Assembly: GCA_950054195.1 (NCBI GenBank)
Contig: CATLPG010000002.1
Location: 87,356 to 151,355, forward strand
Origin: an uncultured Saccharospirillaceae bacterium
GTDB lineage: Bacteria > Bacteroidota > Bacteroidia > Flavobacteriales_D > CAJJDF01
DNA length: 64,000 bases
Reading direction: 5' to 3'
The translations under genes and the position numbers were made by a program. Every line of letters begins with the position of its first letter. The stretch's first letter is position 1. This document shows positions 26,846 through 39,442 of the stretch, piece by piece. The notes beneath the pieces are model-generated. The model was not told the origin of the DNA. It was given only the letters and a program-made list of their open reading frames with translations, and made no database searches.

Positions 26846-27559
26846 ATGTTTAATGTACGAATTTTAGGACTATTTTGTTGCATAATAACGGTTTTAGGAT
26901 GCTCAGGGTTGTCTAAAACAACAAAAAAAACACCAATACCTATGGAAAATCAAGTAGTTAAATTATCTACAACTCATGGAGATATGATTATTGAACTCTA
27001 TGATGAAACACCTTTACACAAAGCTAATTTCTTAAAGCTAGTAGACTCAGGATTTTATGATAGTTTACTATTTCACAGAGTAATAAAAAATTTTATGATT
27101 CAAGGTGGAGATCCTAATTCAAAAGGAGCTGATGCTAACGCTCAATTAGGAAGTGGTGGTCCAGGTTATAAAGTTGATGCTGAATTTAATACTAAATTTT
27201 ATCATAAAAAAGGAGCATTATCTGCTGCAAGACAAGGAGATGCTGTTAACCCTAAGAAAAAATCATCAGGGTCTCAGTTTTATATTGTGCAAGGAAAAAA
27301 GACTAGTCCTGCTGAATTAAAAAGATACCAAAAACCTGGTTTTTCATATACCGAAGAGCAAATAAACGTATATGACTCTATAGGAGGAACACCTTTTCTA
27401 GATCAAGAATATACTGTTTTTGGAGAAGTAATTTATGGGTTAGATGTTATCGATAAAATAGCTGCTGTTCCTACAAGAAGAGGAGACAGGCCCGTTGAAG
27501 ATGTTGTTATGACGATGGAAGTTGTTGATAAGACTAAACTTGAGGAACTTAAAAAGTAA
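26846..27559 (+). CDS. Peptidyl-prolyl cis-trans isomerase, cyclophilin type (lipoprotein)
   Basis: FHRVIKNFMIQGGDP and SGSQFYIV motifs. Signal ends LGCSG. Confidence 0.85.
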   Translation: MFNVRILGLFCCIITVLGCSGLSKTTKKTPIPMENQVVKLSTTHGDMIIELYDETPLHKANFLKLVDSGFYDSLLFHRVIKNFMIQGGDPNSKGADANAQLGSGGPGYKVDAEFNTKFYHKKGALSAARQGDAVNPKKKSSGSQFYIVQGKKTSPAELKRYQKPGFSYTEEQINVYDSIGGTPFLDQEYTVFGEVIYGLDVIDKIAAVPTRRGDRPVEDVVMTMEVVDKTKLEELKK

Positions 27560-27568
27560 TTAGTACAG

Positions 27569-28585
27569 ATGAAAGATCAAGTTGAGAAACTAATACTAGA
27601 GGTAGAAGATTTTAAAACCACTGATACAAACGAATTAGAATCTTTTCGTATTCGTTTTATGGGTAAAAAGGGAGTAATGAATGATTTATTTAAATCATTT
27701 AAAGATGTTCCTAATGATCAAAAAAAGGAATTTGGTCAATTACTTAATACACTAAAGGTTAAAGCTCAAGAAAAGCATACCAAATTAAAAAGTGAGCTAT
27801 CAGCAAACACAAATCAAAATACTAACAAACCAGATGATTTAACCCTTCCTGTTTTAAATGATCAATTAGGAGCTAGACACCCTATTTCACTCATTAGAAA
27901 TCAAATAATTGATATTTTTTCAAGGATAGGCTACACCGTTTCCGAAGGCCCTGAAATTGAGGATGATTGGCATAACTTTACGGCATTAAACTTTCCAGAA
28001 GAACATCCTGCAAGAGACATGCAAGATACTTTTTTTATTGATGAAAAACATGCCTTAAGAACACATACATCTAGTGTGCAAGTTCGAGTTATGGAGAACA
28101 ATAAACCTCCAATACGTACTATTTCTCCAGGTAGAGTATTTAGAAATGAGGCCATTTCTGCTAGGGCACACTGCATCTTTCATCAAGTAGAAGGTTTGTA
28201 TATCGATAAAGATGTATCCTTTGCAGACTTAAAACAAACACTGCTTTATTTTGCTCGCGAAATGTTTGGTGAAAAAACAGAAATTAGGTTAAGACCTTCT
28301 TACTTTCCATTTACTGAGCCAAGTGCAGAAGTAGATGTATCGTGCAATATTTGTTCTGGTAAAGGTTGTAATGTTTGTAAACACACAGGTTTTTTAGAAA
28401 TTCTAGGCTGTGGAATGGTTGACCCAAACGTATTAGAAAATTGTGGAATAGATTCTTCTGTTTACAGCGGATTTGCTTTTGGTATGGGAATAGAAAGAAT
28501 AACCATGTTAAAATATCAAATCAATGATTTGCGTTTATTCTTTGAAAACGATGTGCGTTTTCTTAAACAATTCCAATCAGCATGA
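27569..28585 (+). CDS. pheS: Phenylalanine-tRNA ligase, alpha subunit
   Basis: Class II motifs RTHTSSVQVR, PGRVFRNE and GFAFGMGIERI. Confidence 0.9.
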   Translation: MKDQVEKLILEVEDFKTTDTNELESFRIRFMGKKGVMNDLFKSFKDVPNDQKKEFGQLLNTLKVKAQEKHTKLKSELSANTNQNTNKPDDLTLPVLNDQLGARHPISLIRNQIIDIFSRIGYTVSEGPEIEDDWHNFTALNFPEEHPARDMQDTFFIDEKHALRTHTSSVQVRVMENNKPPIRTISPGRVFRNEAISARAHCIFHQVEGLYIDKDVSFADLKQTLLYFAREMFGEKTEIRLRPSYFPFTEPSAEVDVSCNICSGKGCNVCKHTGFLEILGCGMVDPNVLENCGIDSSVYSGFAFGMGIERITMLKYQINDLRLFFENDVRFLKQFQSA

Positions 28586-29067
28586 TGCATTCCATTAAAC
28601 TATCTTTACCTCTATTATTCTTATTTTTAACCTCATGCTTTACGTATCATGAGGTGGATGTTTTAAGTGTTGGGGATTACCGAATAAGTAATGTAACAAA
28701 GGAGGATGTTAATGTTTCCATTAACCTAGAGGTTAATAACCCAAATGGTTATAACATCAGACTTAAAAAAACTGATTTAGACCTATACGTTGAAGGGGAA
28801 AAAGTAGGTATAGCAAGAATTACAGAAGATGTTGTTTTAAAAAAAAGAACCCAAGAGAAGTATAAACTCACATTTGAATCTAATTACAAAGAACTCTCAG
28901 GATCAATTTTAGGCAAACTCCCCTCCTTACTTAGAAAGTCAACTATAAAAGTTGGACTAAAAGGAAAAGTAAAGGCCAAAGCTAATTGGCTTTTAGGCAA
29001 AAGGTTTGATTTAGATGTAGAGGAATCTGTTAACGTAGCAGAATTATCTAAACTAATTCAATTATAA
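28582..29067 (+). CDS. LEA_2 (NDR1/HIN1-like) family lipoprotein
   Basis: Signal ends FLTSC. The pattern [34 protein letters not shown] is typical of LEA type 2 domains. Confidence 0.55.
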   Translation: MMHSIKLSLPLLFLFLTSCFTYHEVDVLSVGDYRISNVTKEDVNVSINLEVNNPNGYNIRLKKTDLDLYVEGEKVGIARITEDVVLKKRTQEKYKLTFESNYKELSGSILGKLPSLLRKSTIKVGLKGKVKAKANWLLGKRFDLDVEESVNVAELSKLIQL

Positions 29068-30603
29068 CGGAATATTCCCGTGCTTTTTTCTTGGTAATTG
29101 ATCTACTTTGTTTTTAAGCATATCAAATGCCTTAATTAACTTTTCACGCGTTTGTTTTGGCTCAATTACCTCATCAACATAACCTCTTGCAGCAGCATTG
29201 TATGGATTAGCGAAAAGCTCAGCGTACTCTGCTTCTTTTTCTTTCCATTTAGCCTCTTTATCATCTGCATTTTTGATTTCTCGCTTAAAAATAATTTCAG
29301 ATGCTCCTTTTGCGCCCATCACAGCAATTTCTGCACTTGGCCAAGCAAAGTTCATATCAGCACCTATGTGCTTTGAATTCATTACATCATAAGCTCCCCC
29401 ATATGCTTTACGTGTGATAACAGTTATTCTTGGAACTGTTGCTTCGCAGAAGGCATAGAGTAATTTAGCTCCATTTTTTATGATACCATTCCATTCTTGA
29501 TCTGTTCCAGGTAAAAAACCAGGCACATCTTCAAATACTAATAAAGGAATATTAAAGCAATCACAAAAACGAACAAAACGTGCAGCTTTATTTGATGCAT
29601 TGTTATCTAACACTCCCGCTAAAAAAGCTGGTTGATTCGCTACAACACCTATACTTTTACCTCCAATATGAGCAAAACCAACAACAATGTTTTCAGCAAA
29701 ATCTTTTTGTACTTCATAAAAGCTATCTCCATCTACTACCTCACTAATGACATCTCTAATATCATATGGCTGGTTAGGGTTTTCTGGTATTATAGTATTT
29801 AGTTTCTCTCTAATTAATTGGTCCTCCTCAAAGTTTACCCTTGGAGATTCTTCTTCACAGTTTTGAGGGATATATTCTAAAAGCTTTTTTATTCCGTTAA
29901 TACATGCTACTTCATTTTCTGCAGTAAAATGAGTAACTCCCGATTTAGTTGAATGCGTGCTTGCTCCTCCTAACTCTTCTGAAGTAACTTCCTCATGCGT
30001 AACAGTTTTAACCACATTAGGTCCAGTAACAAACATGTAAGAGGTGTTTTCAACCATGAATATAAAATCGGTTAATGCAGGAGAATAAACAGCTCCTCCA
30101 GCACATGGTCCCATAACTGCAGATATTTGTGGAACTACACCACTAGCCAGTGTATTTCTATAAAAAATATCAGCATAACCACCTAAAGAAACTACCCCTT
30201 CCTGAATACGTGCACCTCCAGAATCATTTAAACCAATAACTGGAGCTCCGTTTTTCATTGCTAAGTCCATTACTTTGCATATTTTTTCAGCATGAGCCTC
30301 TGCTAAAGAACCTCCCATTACTGTAAAGTCTTGTGAGAAAACATAAACCAATCGTCCGTTTACTTTTCCGTACCCGGTAACAACTCCATCTCCTAAAAAG
30401 GTACTTTTATCTAATCCAAAATTGGTTGATCTGTGTGTTACAAACATGCCAATTTCTTCAAAGCTTCCTTCGTCAAGTAAAAAATTAATTCGTTCTCTTG
30501 CGGTAAGCTTTCCTTTATCGTGCTGTTTTTTAATTCTGTCTTCTCCCCCACCTAACTTAGCTTCTGCAATTTTTTGGTTTAATAAGTCAATTTTTTCTTC
30601 CAT
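29062..30603 (-). CDS. Acyl-CoA carboxylase carboxyltransferase subunit (propionyl-CoA carboxylase beta / methylmalonyl-CoA carboxyltransferase family)
   Basis: 513 aa. [19 protein letters not shown] and AYGGAYDVM are typical of the carboxyl transferase domain. Confidence 0.85.
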   Translation of the reverse strand: MEEKIDLLNQKIAEAKLGGGEDRIKKQHDKGKLTARERINFLLDEGSFEEIGMFVTHRSTNFGLDKSTFLGDGVVTGYGKVNGRLVYVFSQDFTVMGGSLAEAHAEKICKVMDLAMKNGAPVIGLNDSGGARIQEGVVSLGGYADIFYRNTLASGVVPQISAVMGPCAGGAVYSPALTDFIFMVENTSYMFVTGPNVVKTVTHEEVTSEELGGASTHSTKSGVTHFTAENEVACINGIKKLLEYIPQNCEEESPRVNFEEDQLIREKLNTIIPENPNQPYDIRDVISEVVDGDSFYEVQKDFAENIVVGFAHIGGKSIGVVANQPAFLAGVLDNNASNKAARFVRFCDCFNIPLLVFEDVPGFLPGTDQEWNGIIKNGAKLLYAFCEATVPRITVITRKAYGGAYDVMNSKHIGADMNFAWPSAEIAVMGAKGASEIIFKREIKNADDKEAKWKEKEAEYAELFANPYNAAARGYVDEVIEPKQTREKLIKAFDMLKNKVDQLPRKKHGNIPL

Positions 30604-30698
30604 AGTTATGCAATGTTCTAATCAAAGTTATGATAAAGAATTAATTTAGAAATACAGATCAAGAATTAAGTATAAAAATCGCTTATCTTCGTTAGCTA

Positions 30699-32165
30699 GT
30701 GAAAGGGTTTCTATTAAATATTAGTTTAAGAAAACGTATTTATTTTGGCATGCTGGCCATTATTATTGTTTCTTCATTAGCTATAGGTTTAACGACTATT
30801 TTCTTTTTCAAAAATCAAAACGAAGAATACCATATAAGTCGTTTAAAGCGAAAGGATAGCCAAATTGCCAAAAGTATTCAATACTTTCTATTTAAAAACA
30901 ATATTGAAAACCAATTAGATGCAGTACCTAAAACACTCTATGAGAAAATCGAAGAACTATCTGATGTAAACGATATAGGTATTAATATTTATGATATTAA
31001 TGGCAAAATTTTATTTGCATTTTTACCTACTGAAGTAGATGAGATATATGATGGGTATGAGTTCGAAAATGAAATCGAAGAATTTGTACTAAACGATTTA
31101 CATAAGTATGGAGATAACGATGTGGTAATGGAGAAAATAGGGGAGAATAGAATGGCAACTTATTCTTACATTAAAAACCAATCAGATAAAAAAATTGGAA
31201 TTCTTAAAATACCCTATCAAGATTTTAGTAAAAAAAGCATAGAGTTTAACTCCTTTTATACTGCTCTTATAGAAGTTTACATATTCCTTTTAATAGGAGC
31301 CAGTATTTTTGCTTACTACATATCTAACACGATATCCAACAGCTTAAAAACCATTGGTGAAAGCATGAAAAGTGTAGGGATTGATAAAAAGAATGAGCGC
31401 ATAGATTGGAAAACAAAAGACGAAATAGGCGACTTGGTTAATCAATACAACAATATGATTGACCAATTAGAGCAAAGTGCAGAGTTGTTAGCACAATCAG
31501 AAAGAGAAACGGCTTGGAGAGAAATGGCAAAGCAGGTGGCTCATGAAATTAAAAATCCACTTACCCCGATGAAGCTTAACGTGCAGTTTTTAGAGCAAAC
31601 ATTAAAACCTTCAACCGAAAATTTTAATGAACGATTAAAGAAGTTTTCATCTCAAATGATTGCTCAAATAGATACGTTAACAAATATTGCTAACGAGTTT
31701 TCATCATTTGCTAAAATGCCTAAAACCAGTTTAGAAAAAGTTGATCTAGCCGATATTATTTCAGTAGCTAAAAGAACCTTTGATAAAGAAATAAAAATTG
31801 CTTATTCCAATACTGATATAAGTGAAATGATTATTCAAGGAGATAGGGAGCAACTTATACGTGTATTTAACAACTTATTTAAAAATGCTGTTCAAGCTAT
31901 ACCTGCCGATAAAAAGGGAGTTATAGTAATTAACATAAACGAAGAGGATAATCTATATACAATAGAAATTAAAGATAACGGAAAAGGAATACCTCCAGAT
32001 CAATACCAAAATATTTTTGTTCCGAACTTTACCACTAAATCTTCTGGGTCTGGATTAGGTTTAGCTATGGTTAAAAATATTGTAAAACAACATGAGGGAA
32101 TCATTTGGTTTGAAAGTAAAGTAGATCAAGGAACGAGCTTTTTCCTAAGCTTTCCAAAAGGATAA
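30699..32165 (+). CDS. Sensor histidine kinase (membrane, HAMP-HisKA-HATPase)
   Basis: GTG start. H-box VAHEIKNPLTPM, N-box NLFKNAVQA, G-box SGSGLGLAMVKNIV. No adjacent response regulator. Confidence 0.8.
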   Translation: MKGFLLNISLRKRIYFGMLAIIIVSSLAIGLTTIFFFKNQNEEYHISRLKRKDSQIAKSIQYFLFKNNIENQLDAVPKTLYEKIEELSDVNDIGINIYDINGKILFAFLPTEVDEIYDGYEFENEIEEFVLNDLHKYGDNDVVMEKIGENRMATYSYIKNQSDKKIGILKIPYQDFSKKSIEFNSFYTALIEVYIFLLIGASIFAYYISNTISNSLKTIGESMKSVGIDKKNERIDWKTKDEIGDLVNQYNNMIDQLEQSAELLAQSERETAWREMAKQVAHEIKNPLTPMKLNVQFLEQTLKPSTENFNERLKKFSSQMIAQIDTLTNIANEFSSFAKMPKTSLEKVDLADIISVAKRTFDKEIKIAYSNTDISEMIIQGDREQLIRVFNNLFKNAVQAIPADKKGVIVININEEDNLYTIEIKDNGKGIPPDQYQNIFVPNFTTKSSGSGLGLAMVKNIVKQHEGIIWFESKVDQGTSFFLSFPKG

Positions 32166-32179
32166 AATTTAAAAAGCAA

Positions 32180-32602
32180 TTAACCTTTCTTTTTTTCTTT
32201 TATTAATTGCTCCATCAGTTTTTGAGTTTTCTTCTTTTTTTCAAGTGTACTAAAAAATTCCTTTTCGAAATTTTCAATAATGTTAATGGATTTTCGGAGT
32301 ACCTTTTTTCCTTTTTTTGATATGGTAATTCTAAATGCTCTTTTATCGCCAGCATGATTATAACGGTCGATATATTCTTTTTTCTCTAGTGATCGTATCA
32401 CTTTAGAAGTCATCATAATGTTGGTTCGAGCTTGTTGTGCTATTTTAACCTGTGTTTTTTCTTCATGATTAACTTCTAACTCGTAAACTGCTTTTAAAAT
32501 TAAAAATTGTACATGTGTTAAATCAATCGCTTTTAACTCAGTAGTTAACTGTTTTTGCCACTCGTTGCTTAATTCCCATATTGTAAAACCTAAATAGCTC
32601 AA
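32180..32602 (-). CDS. MarR-family transcriptional regulator
   Basis: 140 aa with a wHTH core LTHVQFLILKAVYE...QVKIAQQARTNIMMTSKVIRSLEKKEYIDR. TTG start. Confidence 0.7.
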   Translation of the reverse strand: MSYLGFTIWELSNEWQKQLTTELKAIDLTHVQFLILKAVYELEVNHEEKTQVKIAQQARTNIMMTSKVIRSLEKKEYIDRYNHAGDKRAFRITISKKGKKVLRKSINIIENFEKEFFSTLEKKKKTQKLMEQLIKEKKKG

Positions 32603-32715
32603 AATTATCTACACATTATAACCTACTGTAAAAATAACGATCTTAAAAGAATTATAAGAAACCTGCTATTCTAATTAATTTTCTAAAAGTAAACTTTATT
32701 AACTTTGCATTGCAT

Positions 32716-35700
32716 ATGAGTATAGGTATTGAGGATATAAAACACAAGTATAAACACAGTCAAACAGTAAATAAACTTGATGAGCTTTTAGTGGTTAACA
32801 ATGCCAAAATAAACCTAAAAGGTACTGTTGGCGCTTCGCTTGCATTTATTTCTTCAGCTTTAATTCATGGTGATAACGATCCACACATCTTTATTTTTTC
32901 TGACAAAGAAGAGGCAGCCTATTTTTTTAATACACTAGAAAATATTAATCCCGATTGGAAGGGAAAAAAAGTTTTTTTCTACCCAGCTTCCTACAAACGA
33001 CCTTATCAAATTGAAAAAACGGATAATGCAAACGTTTTACAACGTGCAGAAGTCTTAAATGTGATCTCAAAAAGACGAAAAGGCGTTGCTATAGTTTCTT
33101 ATCCAGAAGCTCTAGTAGAAAAAGTGGTATCAAAAAAAGAGCTTAAAAAAAGTACCATTGATATACTCCATGGAGAATCCTATTCCATTGACTTTTTAAA
33201 TGAATTGTTCATTGAGCATGAGTTTGAAAAGGTTGATTATGTTTATGAACCCGGTCAGTTTTCGGTTAGGGGAGGAATTGTTGATGTGTTTTCATATTCC
33301 AACGATCATCCATACCGAATAGAGTTTTTTGGTGATGAGGTTGACTCTATTCGCTCATTTAATATCGAAGATCAATTATCCCTTAAAACGCATAAAAAAA
33401 TTACCGTTACTCCTAATGTACAAGGTCATTTATTAGAAGAATCCAGAGGTAGCTTTTTTGATTTTTTCCCTCAACAAACAGTTATTTGGCTAAAATCATA
33501 TGATATAGCAAAAGGGAAAATTGCTGATGGCTTTGAAAAAGCTGAATATGCATACGAAAAGTTAGAGTCTGAAATGAAAAGATTGCCACCTAGTGATCTA
33601 TACATAAACCTAGATGACTTTCATAAAGGACTTACTAAAAGTAAAGTAATAGAATTTGGAGGGAAAACAGCATTAAACGCTCAGCAAGAAGTGTTTATTC
33701 ATTGCTCACCTCAACCAGTTTTCAATAAAAAATTTGATCTTTTAGCACAAAACCTAATTGAAAATACCATAGCAGAATATGAGAATTTTATCTTCTCTGA
33801 TAATGCCACACAAATTGAACGTTTGATTGATATTTTTGAAGATACAAACAAAGAAGTTGACTTCACTCCCATCAACCATTCCATCCATGAAGGTTTTATA
33901 GATAATGACTTAAAAATCATTTGCTATACAGATCACCAAATTTTTGAACGATACCATCGATTTAAATTAAAAGAAGGATTTAAAAAATCTTCTCAAGCCA
34001 TTAGCTTAAAAGATATTTACGGACTTAAAAAAGGGGATTACGTAGTACATATAGATCATGGAATTGGTAAATTCTCTGGACTTCAAAAAATTGATGTAAA
34101 CGGAAAAGAACAGGAAGCCATTCGGTTAATTTATGATGGAGGAGATGTTCTTTATGTAAGTATTCACTCGCTGCATAGAATCTCTAAATTTTCTGGAAAA
34201 GACGGTAGAAAACCTAAAATAAATAAACTAGGAACAGCTACTTGGAAAAACTTAAAAGATAAAACCAAAAAGAGAGTAAAAGAAGTTGCCTTTGACCTTA
34301 TTGAGTTATATGCCAAGCGTAAAATGCAAAAAGGCTTTGCTTTTCAACCAGACACCTATTTACAGCATGAGTTAGAAGCTTCTTTTATGTATGAGGACAC
34401 CCCAGATCAAGAAAAAACAACCATTGCAGTTAAAGAGGATATGGAAAAGCCCATCCCAATGGATCGTTTGGTATGCGGTGATGTAGGCTTTGGAAAAACA
34501 GAAATAGCCATAAGAGCTGCTTTTAAAGCCGTTACCGATGGAAAGCAAGTAGCAGTATTAGTTCCTACAACAATCCTAAGCTTTCAACATTTTAGAAGTT
34601 TTAATAGTCGGTTAAAAGAGTTTCCTTGTAAGGTAGATTATATTAGCCGCTTTAGGTCATCAGCTAAAAACAAGCAAGCGCTAGAAGGTTTAGAAAGCGG
34701 TAAGGTTGATATTATTATTGGGACACACATGCTGGTAGGTAAAAAAGTGAAATTTAAAAACCTTGGTTTACTTATTATTGATGAAGAACAAAAGTTTGGA
34801 GTTAGTGTAAAAGATAAATTAAAAACAATCAAAGAAAATGTTGATACACTTACTTTAACTGCAACTCCTATTCCTAGAACGCTCCAGTTTTCATTAATGG
34901 GAGCAAGGGATTTATCGGTAATTACTACTCCTCCACCAAACCGCCAACCGATAGAAACCGAAATTCATACATTTAATGAAGAGCTAATTCGAGATGCTAT
35001 AAATTATGAAATGCAGCGAGGCGGACAAGCATATTTTGTTCATAACAGGGTACAAAACATAAAGGAAGTGGCTGGAATGATTCAGCGATTAGTACCTGAT
35101 GCTAAAGTTGCTATTGTTCACGGACAAATGGAAGGACAAAAAATAGAGGCAGTTATGCTCGATTTTATTGAAGGCATGTATGATGTATTAGTCGCCACCT
35201 CCATTATTGAATCAGGAATTGATGTGCCAAATGCCAACACCATGATTATTAATATGGCTAATAATTTTGGACTAAGTGATCTTCACCAAATGAGAGGGAG
35301 GATTGGGCGATCAAATAAAAAAGCCTTCTGTTATTTAATTACTCCTCCACTACACACCTTAAGTAGTGATTCCAGAAAACGATTACAAGCCATTGAGCAA
35401 TTTAGCGATTTAGGTAGTGGGTTTAACATTGCTATGAAGGATTTAGATATTCGTGGAGCTGGTGATTTACTAGGGGCAAATCAAAGTGGATATATTAATG
35501 ATATTGGTTTTGCTACCTATCAAAAAATCCTCAATGAAACCATTCAAGAGTTAAAGAATAATGAATTTAAGGAGTTGTTCGAAGAAGAAAATAACGACTC
35601 TTTCCAATCTACTGATGATTTCCAACTAGAAACGGATTTAGAAATTCTTATTCCTGATGATTATGTAAATAATATAGCCGAAAGGTTATCCCTTTATCAA

Positions 35701-36084
35701 GAACTTGATGATGTTAAAAACGAGGAAGAGCTAACTAACTTTAAAAACATGCTTGTTGATCGTTTTGGTCCTATTCCTAAACAAGCTCAGGAGTTACTAG
35801 AAACCATCCATCTAAAGTTTTTAGCAAAACAGTTTGGCTTAGAGCGAATCATCTTAAAATCAAACAAGTTTATTGGCTACTTTGTTAGCGATCAACAATC
35901 CAAATTTTACGAATCACCTTTATTTAATAGCATTATCGCTTTTGTTCAAATTAATAGTCAAAAGTGTAAGCTATCAGAAAAAAATGGAAAGCTACGCATC
36001 GTAATAAACAAAGTAGCTGATGTAAATCAAGCCATCAAAAAAATTAAAGAAATAGAGAAGTTAGCTATACAAATGGAAGCCTAG
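32716..36084 (+). CDS. mfd: Transcription-repair coupling factor
   Basis: CarD-like [14 protein letters not shown]. Helicase motifs GDVGFGKTE and [13 protein letters not shown] region. ATG at 32716 is preferred over TTG at 32710. Confidence 0.9.
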   Translation: MSIGIEDIKHKYKHSQTVNKLDELLVVNNAKINLKGTVGASLAFISSALIHGDNDPHIFIFSDKEEAAYFFNTLENINPDWKGKKVFFYPASYKRPYQIEKTDNANVLQRAEVLNVISKRRKGVAIVSYPEALVEKVVSKKELKKSTIDILHGESYSIDFLNELFIEHEFEKVDYVYEPGQFSVRGGIVDVFSYSNDHPYRIEFFGDEVDSIRSFNIEDQLSLKTHKKITVTPNVQGHLLEESRGSFFDFFPQQTVIWLKSYDIAKGKIADGFEKAEYAYEKLESEMKRLPPSDLYINLDDFHKGLTKSKVIEFGGKTALNAQQEVFIHCSPQPVFNKKFDLLAQNLIENTIAEYENFIFSDNATQIERLIDIFEDTNKEVDFTPINHSIHEGFIDNDLKIICYTDHQIFERYHRFKLKEGFKKSSQAISLKDIYGLKKGDYVVHIDHGIGKFSGLQKIDVNGKEQEAIRLIYDGGDVLYVSIHSLHRISKFSGKDGRKPKINKLGTATWKNLKDKTKKRVKEVAFDLIELYAKRKMQKGFAFQPDTYLQHELEASFMYEDTPDQEKTTIAVKEDMEKPIPMDRLVCGDVGFGKTEIAIRAAFKAVTDGKQVAVLVPTTILSFQHFRSFNSRLKEFPCKVDYISRFRSSAKNKQALEGLESGKVDIIIGTHMLVGKKVKFKNLGLLIIDEEQKFGVSVKDKLKTIKENVDTLTLTATPIPRTLQFSLMGARDLSVITTPPPNRQPIETEIHTFNEELIRDAINYEMQRGGQAYFVHNRVQNIKEVAGMIQRLVPDAKVAIVHGQMEGQKIEAVMLDFIEGMYDVLVATSIIESGIDVPNANTMIINMANNFGLSDLHQMRGRIGRSNKKAFCYLITPPLHTLSSDSRKRLQAIEQFSDLGSGFNIAMKDLDIRGAGDLLGANQSGYINDIGFATYQKILNETIQELKNNEFKELFEEENNDSFQSTDDFQLETDLEILIPDDYVNNIAERLSLYQELDDVKNEEELTNFKNMLVDRFGPIPKQAQELLETIHLKFLAKQFGLERIILKSNKFIGYFVSDQQSKFYESPLFNSIIAFVQINSQKCKLSEKNGKLRIVINKVADVNQAIKKIKEIEKLAIQMEA

Positions 36085-36515
36085 CTTTTACCTGTGCTAC
36101 CAAATCCACCTGACCCTCTATCTGTTTCTGTAAGCTCCTTTACCTCCACCCAAGTTGCTTGTGTATATTCTGCAACAACAAGTTGGGCAACGCGTTCGCC
36201 TGGAGCTATTTCAACAGCTTCATTTGATAGATTAATCAAAATTACGCCAACATCTCCTCTGTAGTCAGCATCAATTGTTCCAGGGGCATTTAAAACAGTA
36301 ATTCCTTTTTTGTATGCTAGTCCACTTCTTGGACGAACTTGTGCTTCATAACCACTTGGAAGTGCTAAATGTAAACCCGTTGGTATTAGTTTTCTTTCTA
36401 ATGGTTTTAATGTAACCGTATTCTCGATATTTGCTCTTAAATCTAACCCAGCAGATTGCTCTGTAGCATATTCTGGCAATGGGTTATTCGACTTATTAAT
36501 TATTTCTATTTTCAT
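36081..36515 (-). CDS. dut: dUTP diphosphatase
   Basis: [14 protein letters not shown] and [10 protein letters not shown] motifs. Confidence 0.9.
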   Translation of the reverse strand: MKIEIINKSNNPLPEYATEQSAGLDLRANIENTVTLKPLERKLIPTGLHLALPSGYEAQVRPRSGLAYKKGITVLNAPGTIDADYRGDVGVILINLSNEAVEIAPGERVAQLVVAEYTQATWVEVKELTETDRGSGGFGSTGKS

Positions 36516-36517
36516 AA

Positions 36518-38017
36518 TTACGTTCTTTTAAAAAGTGCCTTTAACTGCGGTTTCTCAATTATATAAATAAACCACACATACACTAAAAATAATATGGCGT
36601 GAATGAATAACTTAATAAATAAAGAATCACTTATCAATAAATCAATTCCTTTACTAACAAAAAACAGTCCAAGAGCACTAAAAAAGTAAAACGAAACTTT
36701 CTTTACATTGTATTTAATAGGGTAATGTTTTTGTCCTAAGTAGTAAGAAACAGCCATCATTGTTCCGTAAGCAATTAATGTTGTCCATGCGGAAGCAACA
36801 AAACCAAAATAAGGAATAAAAATTACGTTGAGTAGAATAGTTATAATTGCTCCAACTCCAGCTATATATGCTCCGTATTTGGTTTTTCCAGAAAGCTTAT
36901 ACCAAATAGACTGGTTAAAGTAAACACCAAGAAAAATATTTGCAATGAGTAATATTGGAACTACTGTTAACCCAACCCAATATTCTTGGTTTGGAATAAA
37001 CCATTTAAATACATCAATAAATAATACTATTCCTAAAAAAATGCTTGAAACCGTTATAACAAAGTACGTCATTACCATGGAGTAAGTTAGGTTGGCGTCT
37101 TTATCATTTTGTTTACTAAAGAAAAACGGTTCAGCCGCATACCTAAACGCTTGTATAAAAAGTGTTATGAGTATAGACAACTTGTAAACACCTCCATAAA
37201 TACCTACTTGAGTTAGCGCATAGGTAGTATCATACATTGATGCTAAAATTCGTTTTAATAAAATTCTATCCAGTGTTTCATTGATGATACCTGCTATACC
37301 AGCTAGTAATAACGGTGAACTATAAAGCAGTAGTTTTTTTAGTAAATCAGCATCAAAAAAGGCGAAATCAAATCGAATTTCTTTTCTTAGTAAAACAAGC
37401 TTACTAATGGATGCTAAAAGATTAGCTATAAATACATAACCAATTCCTATAGAAGGGGAATAAATAGTATCCGAAAGCCAGCACCACGTTGAGGTATCGT
37501 GGTAGTACTTTCCAAACCAAACAAAAAACACAACAAAAAAGATGTTAACTCCAATGGAGACTAAGTTTATAATTGCAAAACGTTTAGCTTCATTTGCTTT
37601 TCTTAAACTAGCTAATGGAATGGAGCAAAAAGCATCAATACCAAGAATTAAGACTACATAAATAATGAAATCTGGTCTATCGGGATAACCGACAACAGAA
37701 GCCAATCCCCCAGAAAAAAACAACCCTAAAAGAATAAAAATACTGCTGGTAGCAGCTAACGATATAAGTGCTGTTTGATATACTTTTTTAGTTTCCTCTT
37801 GACTGTTTGAAAACCGAAAAAATCCAGTTTCCATTCCGTAGGTTAGAATAACGATAAAAAAGGAGACATAAGCATATATCTCGGCATTAACCCCATATTC
37901 TTCGGGTAAAAAAACAAAGGTTAAAAGTGGCGTAAGAAAGTAGTTGAGTATTCTACCAACAATACTGCTTAATCCATAGATTGCTGTTTGACTAGCAAGT
38001 TGTTTTAATGCGTTCAA
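36518..38017 (-). CDS. Polysaccharide/oligosaccharide flippase (MOP/Wzx family)
   Basis: 499 aa, polytopic with about 12-14 hydrophobic segments. N-terminal [25 protein letters not shown] is typical of this family. Confidence 0.7.
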   Translation of the reverse strand: MNALKQLASQTAIYGLSSIVGRILNYFLTPLLTFVFLPEEYGVNAEIYAYVSFFIVILTYGMETGFFRFSNSQEETKKVYQTALISLAATSSIFILLGLFFSGGLASVVGYPDRPDFIIYVVLILGIDAFCSIPLASLRKANEAKRFAIINLVSIGVNIFFVVFFVWFGKYYHDTSTWCWLSDTIYSPSIGIGYVFIANLLASISKLVLLRKEIRFDFAFFDADLLKKLLLYSSPLLLAGIAGIINETLDRILLKRILASMYDTTYALTQVGIYGGVYKLSILITLFIQAFRYAAEPFFFSKQNDKDANLTYSMVMTYFVITVSSIFLGIVLFIDVFKWFIPNQEYWVGLTVVPILLIANIFLGVYFNQSIWYKLSGKTKYGAYIAGVGAIITILLNVIFIPYFGFVASAWTTLIAYGTMMAVSYYLGQKHYPIKYNVKKVSFYFFSALGLFFVSKGIDLLISDSLFIKLFIHAILFLVYVWFIYIIEKPQLKALFKRT

Positions 38018-38151
38018 TTATACCGTTATCTGTAAAAAGGACTACACAAAATTTGCCTGTGTTCGTCCGTAGTTTGCTATACGATGAAGATAGTAAAAAC
38101 TTAGCAGAACTATGATAGAGGAAATAGAAATGGGGTTTTGGAAAAGTGTTA

Positions 38152-39096
38152 CTACTCTAGTCCTAATTGGTTATATTTTTCCTCAAGTAAATTTTTATAT
38201 GCAATCTTCATGTTTTCTGATAAGAATGATCGATTGATCCAATCAACTGCTTTTGATTTATTTTTAATCATTCTATTGAAACTTCTTTTGATTTGTTTAG
38301 GAGTTAACCCTAGCTCATTGCCCAAATGTTCAAAATTTTCTCTTTTTATTTTTTTTTTCTTTCCAGCTAATGTTAATGCAAGTTCTTCCTTATCTTCTGG
38401 GAATATGATTGCAACATTTAATAAGTCATAAGCGGGAGACAACACCCATCCTGAAGGACCTTCAATCATTGAAAAGTTTTTTAGGTGCATATCATTATTT
38501 CCAGTTAAAAAGGAAAATATGGCTAGTTCAAAATAAAAAATTTTATCTAGTAACGTATTACTTGAATAACTACCCAGTGCTTTTCCAACTTTTTCCATTG
38601 AGCTTCTATACTTATCAAAAGCTTCTGTAATTTGAAACATATCAATCATGTGAATTTTAGATCCAGTTTTTGTCCGGTCGATTCGTTTTGTGATATAAGA
38701 GAGTTCACCTGATGATAATCTAATTAATGATGATGGTACAACTTGGATTCCGAAGGATTCTGCTATTCGCATGGTCACATGCTCGTTTTCTGGCATTTCG
38801 GTGAATTTTTCAGACGGAGGTTTGAAAATATAATCACCTCCTAATGCCCCAACCACAGTTAACCTTGTGTCGGGTTTCTCTTTGTTTTTTTTAACTAACG
38901 ACATAGATAGTTTTGCCTGAACACCAGGAACAGCAACACTTCTCTCTACCACATTTTTTGCGAGTTCACCCATTTGATTAAGTGAATATTCTATTTTTGG
39001 AGGAGTTGGTGTTCCAAAGAATGCGATTGAACATTTTTCATGGAAATCACTTTCACTTTCTGCCGGTTTGTAACAGTATAAGCATCTATTTTTCAT
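38152..39096 (-). CDS. HipA-family Ser/Thr kinase toxin, kinase core only (HipT-like)
   Basis: Catalytic loop GNNDMHLKNFS, VPGVQAKLS loop, SPAYDLLN. N-terminal CLYCYKP...HEKC. Overlaps the upstream HipA_N-like ORF by 11 nt. Confidence 0.8.
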   Translation of the reverse strand: MKNRCLYCYKPAESESDFHEKCSIAFFGTPTPPKIEYSLNQMGELAKNVVERSVAVPGVQAKLSMSLVKKNKEKPDTRLTVVGALGGDYIFKPPSEKFTEMPENEHVTMRIAESFGIQVVPSSLIRLSSGELSYITKRIDRTKTGSKIHMIDMFQITEAFDKYRSSMEKVGKALGSYSSNTLLDKIFYFELAIFSFLTGNNDMHLKNFSMIEGPSGWVLSPAYDLLNVAIIFPEDKEELALTLAGKKKKIKRENFEHLGNELGLTPKQIKRSFNRMIKNKSKAVDWINRSFLSENMKIAYKNLLEEKYNQLGLE

Positions 39097-39442
39097 CTTC
39101 TTTTGTTATTTCATGCCTATTTGTTAGGTAGGGTTTTACACTCACAGCACCAATGCAATTTTGGCAACAAGCCAGAAGTAAACCCATACGGTCATTTTTA
39201 TTGATTTTCCAGTTTTCTGAAGCTATGTCAAGCAACCAACCTTCAGGAATTAACCCTTCAAAGAATGGAAAGAGTCGCTTTTCGGTATATGGCTTTGATC
39301 TAACTGGCATTGTAAATGTGATGAAATCGTTAGGATGATTTTTTATGTATTTGTCATCATACTGAAACACATACTCGCCATCATTCGTTTCAGTAATAGT
39401 ACCTGCCAAATACTCTTTATAGAATACCTTACCCCTTCTCAT
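39086..39442 (-). CDS. HipA N-terminal-domain protein as a separate ORF (HipS-like)
   Basis: 118 aa. LFPFFEGLIPEGW and CIGAVSV match the HipA N-terminal (Couple_hipA) domain. Confidence 0.75.
   Translation of the reverse strand: MRRGKVFYKEYLAGTITETNDGEYVFQYDDKYIKNHPNDFITFTMPVRSKPYTEKRLFPFFEGLIPEGWLLDIASENWKINKNDRMGLLLACCQNCIGAVSVKPYLTNRHEITKEDEK

Noticed and set aside
36081-36084. 4-nt convergent overlap of the mfd and dut stops, and the similar 6-nt overlap of the LEA_2 and carboxyltransferase genes at 29062-29067
   Set aside because: Convergent stop-codon overlaps are common in compact genomes, and there is no additional structure here.
38138-38630. Two plus-strand ORFs (97 and 73 aa) overlapping the HipT-like gene
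   Set aside because: The HipA kinase motifs lie on the minus strand. The plus-strand products are low-complexity with no start context.
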